In this document: positions 63,961 through 64,000 of the stretch, piece after piece
Position numbering within the stretch: the first letter of the stretch is position 1
Layout: every line of letters begins with the position of its first letter
Source of the DNA: Laetmonice hystrix
Taxonomy: Eukaryota
DNA length: 64,000 nt
Assembly: GCA_965235115.1 (NCBI GenBank)
Contig: OZ249436.1
Location: 5,706,001-5,770,000, forward strand
Reading direction: 5' to 3'
Program-made: the position numbers and the translations under genes
The notes under the pieces: generated by a model
The model's database searches: none
What the model was told of the DNA's origin: nothing
The model's input: only the letters and a program-made list of their open reading frames with translations

Positions 63961-64000
63961 GGTGTGAAGGGAATGTAAGTGCGCCGGAATGGAGGTCCGC

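Overview
Eukaryotic (bilaterian invertebrate-like) genomic DNA with GT-AG introns; not prokaryotic. Genes: (1) a + strand GPI-anchored three-finger (Ly6/uPAR, 12-Cys LYPD6/quiver-type) gene, exons 7184-7356 and 8996-9238. (2) A convergent - strand Ly6 gene whose domain-starting exon (17092-16818) can splice to either of two intact paralogous terminal exons: 13044-12802, and 12241-12002, which is absent from the ORF track. (3) A complete 9-coding-exon Erlin (SPFH) gene, 33870-37667, 341 aa. (4) The large first coding exon of WAPL (43426-44958), followed by more than 19 kb with no recognisable further exon. The rest is a dense mix of a 5'-truncated, frameshifted CR1/L2-group LINE, many non-autonomous DNA transposons (CAG..CTG elements with 5/6-bp TSDs, Harbinger-, Kolobok-, Chapaev- and Academ-like, often nested), a tRNA-derived SINE-like remnant and several kb-scale minisatellites. 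The best candidate for a new system is the duplicated alternative last exon that swaps the C-terminal half and GPI signal of one three-finger domain. All calls were made by eye; no database searches were run.
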